NCBI GenBank assembly: GCA_050575255.1
Contig: JBNZDD010013702.1
Location: 2,703,907 to 2,767,906, forward strand
DNA: 64,000 nucleotides
Source: Harriotta raleighana
Lineage: Eukaryota
Direction: 5' to 3'
Shown here: piece after piece, positions 62,359 to 64,000 of the stretch
How positions within the stretch are numbered: the stretch's first letter is position 1
Layout of the letters: every line of letters starts with the position of its first letter
The notes under the pieces: generated by a model
Told to the model about the DNA's origin: nothing
Database searches by the model: none
The model's input: the letters and a program-made list of their open reading frames with translations, nothing else
Position numbers and translations under genes: made by a program

Positions 62359-64000
62359 CTGTCGCAGTTTCACATGGTTTAATAAAAAAGGAAGATTTAT
62401 GTAATTCTGTCTAGTCTCTTTGCTGAGATCGTATTTGTAAATTTTGGTAATACATTTTATGAACCTTCAAAAAGAACTGCTCAAAGCTATTAATTCTTGC
62501 ATTCGTTATAGTGCCTGTGATGTTCCCAAAGGCTTCACAGGATTCAAATATATAGCTGGCCATTTACCTTTGAGTTAGATTAGGATACAGTGGGTGATGT
62601 GTTGCTCTTAAGGCTTTAAGAGCTGGCGATCTACAGGTCTAATTGGAACAACAAGAGCAATCAAGCCTGGCTCATTAGTAAAAGCCAATTTTAAGCTGAC
62701 CCAAAGAGATTGGTATAATTCTAGTGAGAAGAGCAGAAAATATTAATTCTGAATCTTCACACAAAGTTATGTAATGCATTAACAGAAATTTCTAATATAC
62801 CATTTTATATTTCATGATAATTTTTTTCCAACTGCTCTGAACTCTTTAACAGCTCTTATTTTGACATGAATTATTGGCATGAATCCTTTGTGGGCAGTTG
62901 TATTTCTACTCCAAATATTTTTGAAAGGGAACATTTTGTGTTTGATTGAATAGATGAACCGTCAGCAAATCCACAGTGTTTCAATCTTAAATGATTCAGT
63001 CTATCTTTAGTGTACAGCAGAACATGATATACATTATGCCACATAACACTTGTATTTTATCACATTGTTCAGATGTCACCCAGCATTTCACAAACATATT
63101 GTAAAGTGGATTGATGTTTGTTGTACCGCAGTCACTCCTAAACTCTGGATATATAACTTGCCTAAAAGACTAACAGGTTACAGTACTTTGAATTGTAAAA
63201 GTGTTGGCTTACATTCTCAGGTATCTATTAACTCAGTGTTTCAAGTCTGGTCAGTTGCTCCATTCAGTTCCCCTCTCCACACAGCTTGGACTCATGCTGG
63301 TTACGTGAGTTAAATTCAACTAAGACACTGACATTGACTATAGGTTATGTATTGTAAATTACTTCAACAAAGTACAAAAAAGGTAGACTTGTTGCACAAC
63401 TTAATTTGTTTCCATGCAGCACCCTTAGATGACCACATGAGGGAACCAAAGCAACGTCTTAATTAAATACCTAGATACAGTGCAGATACTGTGGTAAGTG
63501 GTCTGTCACATTGTAGATTTCAGGTGTGCTAGATATCAAATTGGGACAATTTACAAAATTAAAGCAATGTCATAGCCCACTCTAAAGGGGGCAATGCTGT
63601 TTGCAGGGATGCTCAGTATATAATCCATGCAAATCTAGAGCGATTTGTTAGTTACGTTGGGTGACAAGTGGCAGATCTTTATTGCTGAATATGTGAGGAC
63701 TCACAAGCGAGGGGATCCGAACAGGGTGAAACCAGGCAAGTTTCCTTACTGCTAGTGAGTAACTGTTTACTCGTTTCAGTCGATTTACCCAGCATTGAGT
63801 AGGAATCTGATTGGCAGATTGCTTTTCCATGGGGTATTAATCCCATGAATAAAATAAGAATTTGGTCACTCAATGCATGACTGTTTGTGGGAACACTGCA
63901 GTATGCAATTGGCTCCCCACAAATTATTCAGTCAATCATTTAGTGTATTCTGTGAACTGCTTTGACGTTTTGAAGACAATAAAGCGCTTCATCAAATGCA

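Noticed and set aside
1-64000. CRISPR array or prokaryotic defence system
   Set aside because: The sequence is a spliced vertebrate locus; the recurring motifs are dispersed SINE/LINE fragments, not regularly spaced repeats.

Overview
Vertebrate nuclear DNA, probably a cartilaginous fish (inferred from repeat style and protein divergence). It is repeat-rich and has several single-N assembly joins. Three intron-containing genes were reconstructed by hand from splice sites and frame continuity. (1) On the + strand (~1033-49893, 5' end upstream of the window) is a very large centrosomin-family gene, CDK5RAP2-like with myomegalin/PDE4DIP-like segments. It has about 46 exons here, plus a nested 1.07-kb alternative first exon resembling the EB1-binding myomegalin isoform N-terminus. 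(2) On the - strand (57473-51729) is a 7-exon gene, barely visible in the ORF track, encoding a ~307-aa protein made almost entirely of four tandem MLLE/PABC domains with no RRM or HECT domain; this is the most interesting item. (3) rpl28 (+, 60046-62358) has a 5'TOP first exon and lies head-to-head with the 4xMLLE gene across one CpG island. Introns contain many tRNA-derived SINEs and L2/CR1 LINE 3' fragments. The 1357-bp tandem duplication at 52321-55035 is most likely an assembly artefact.
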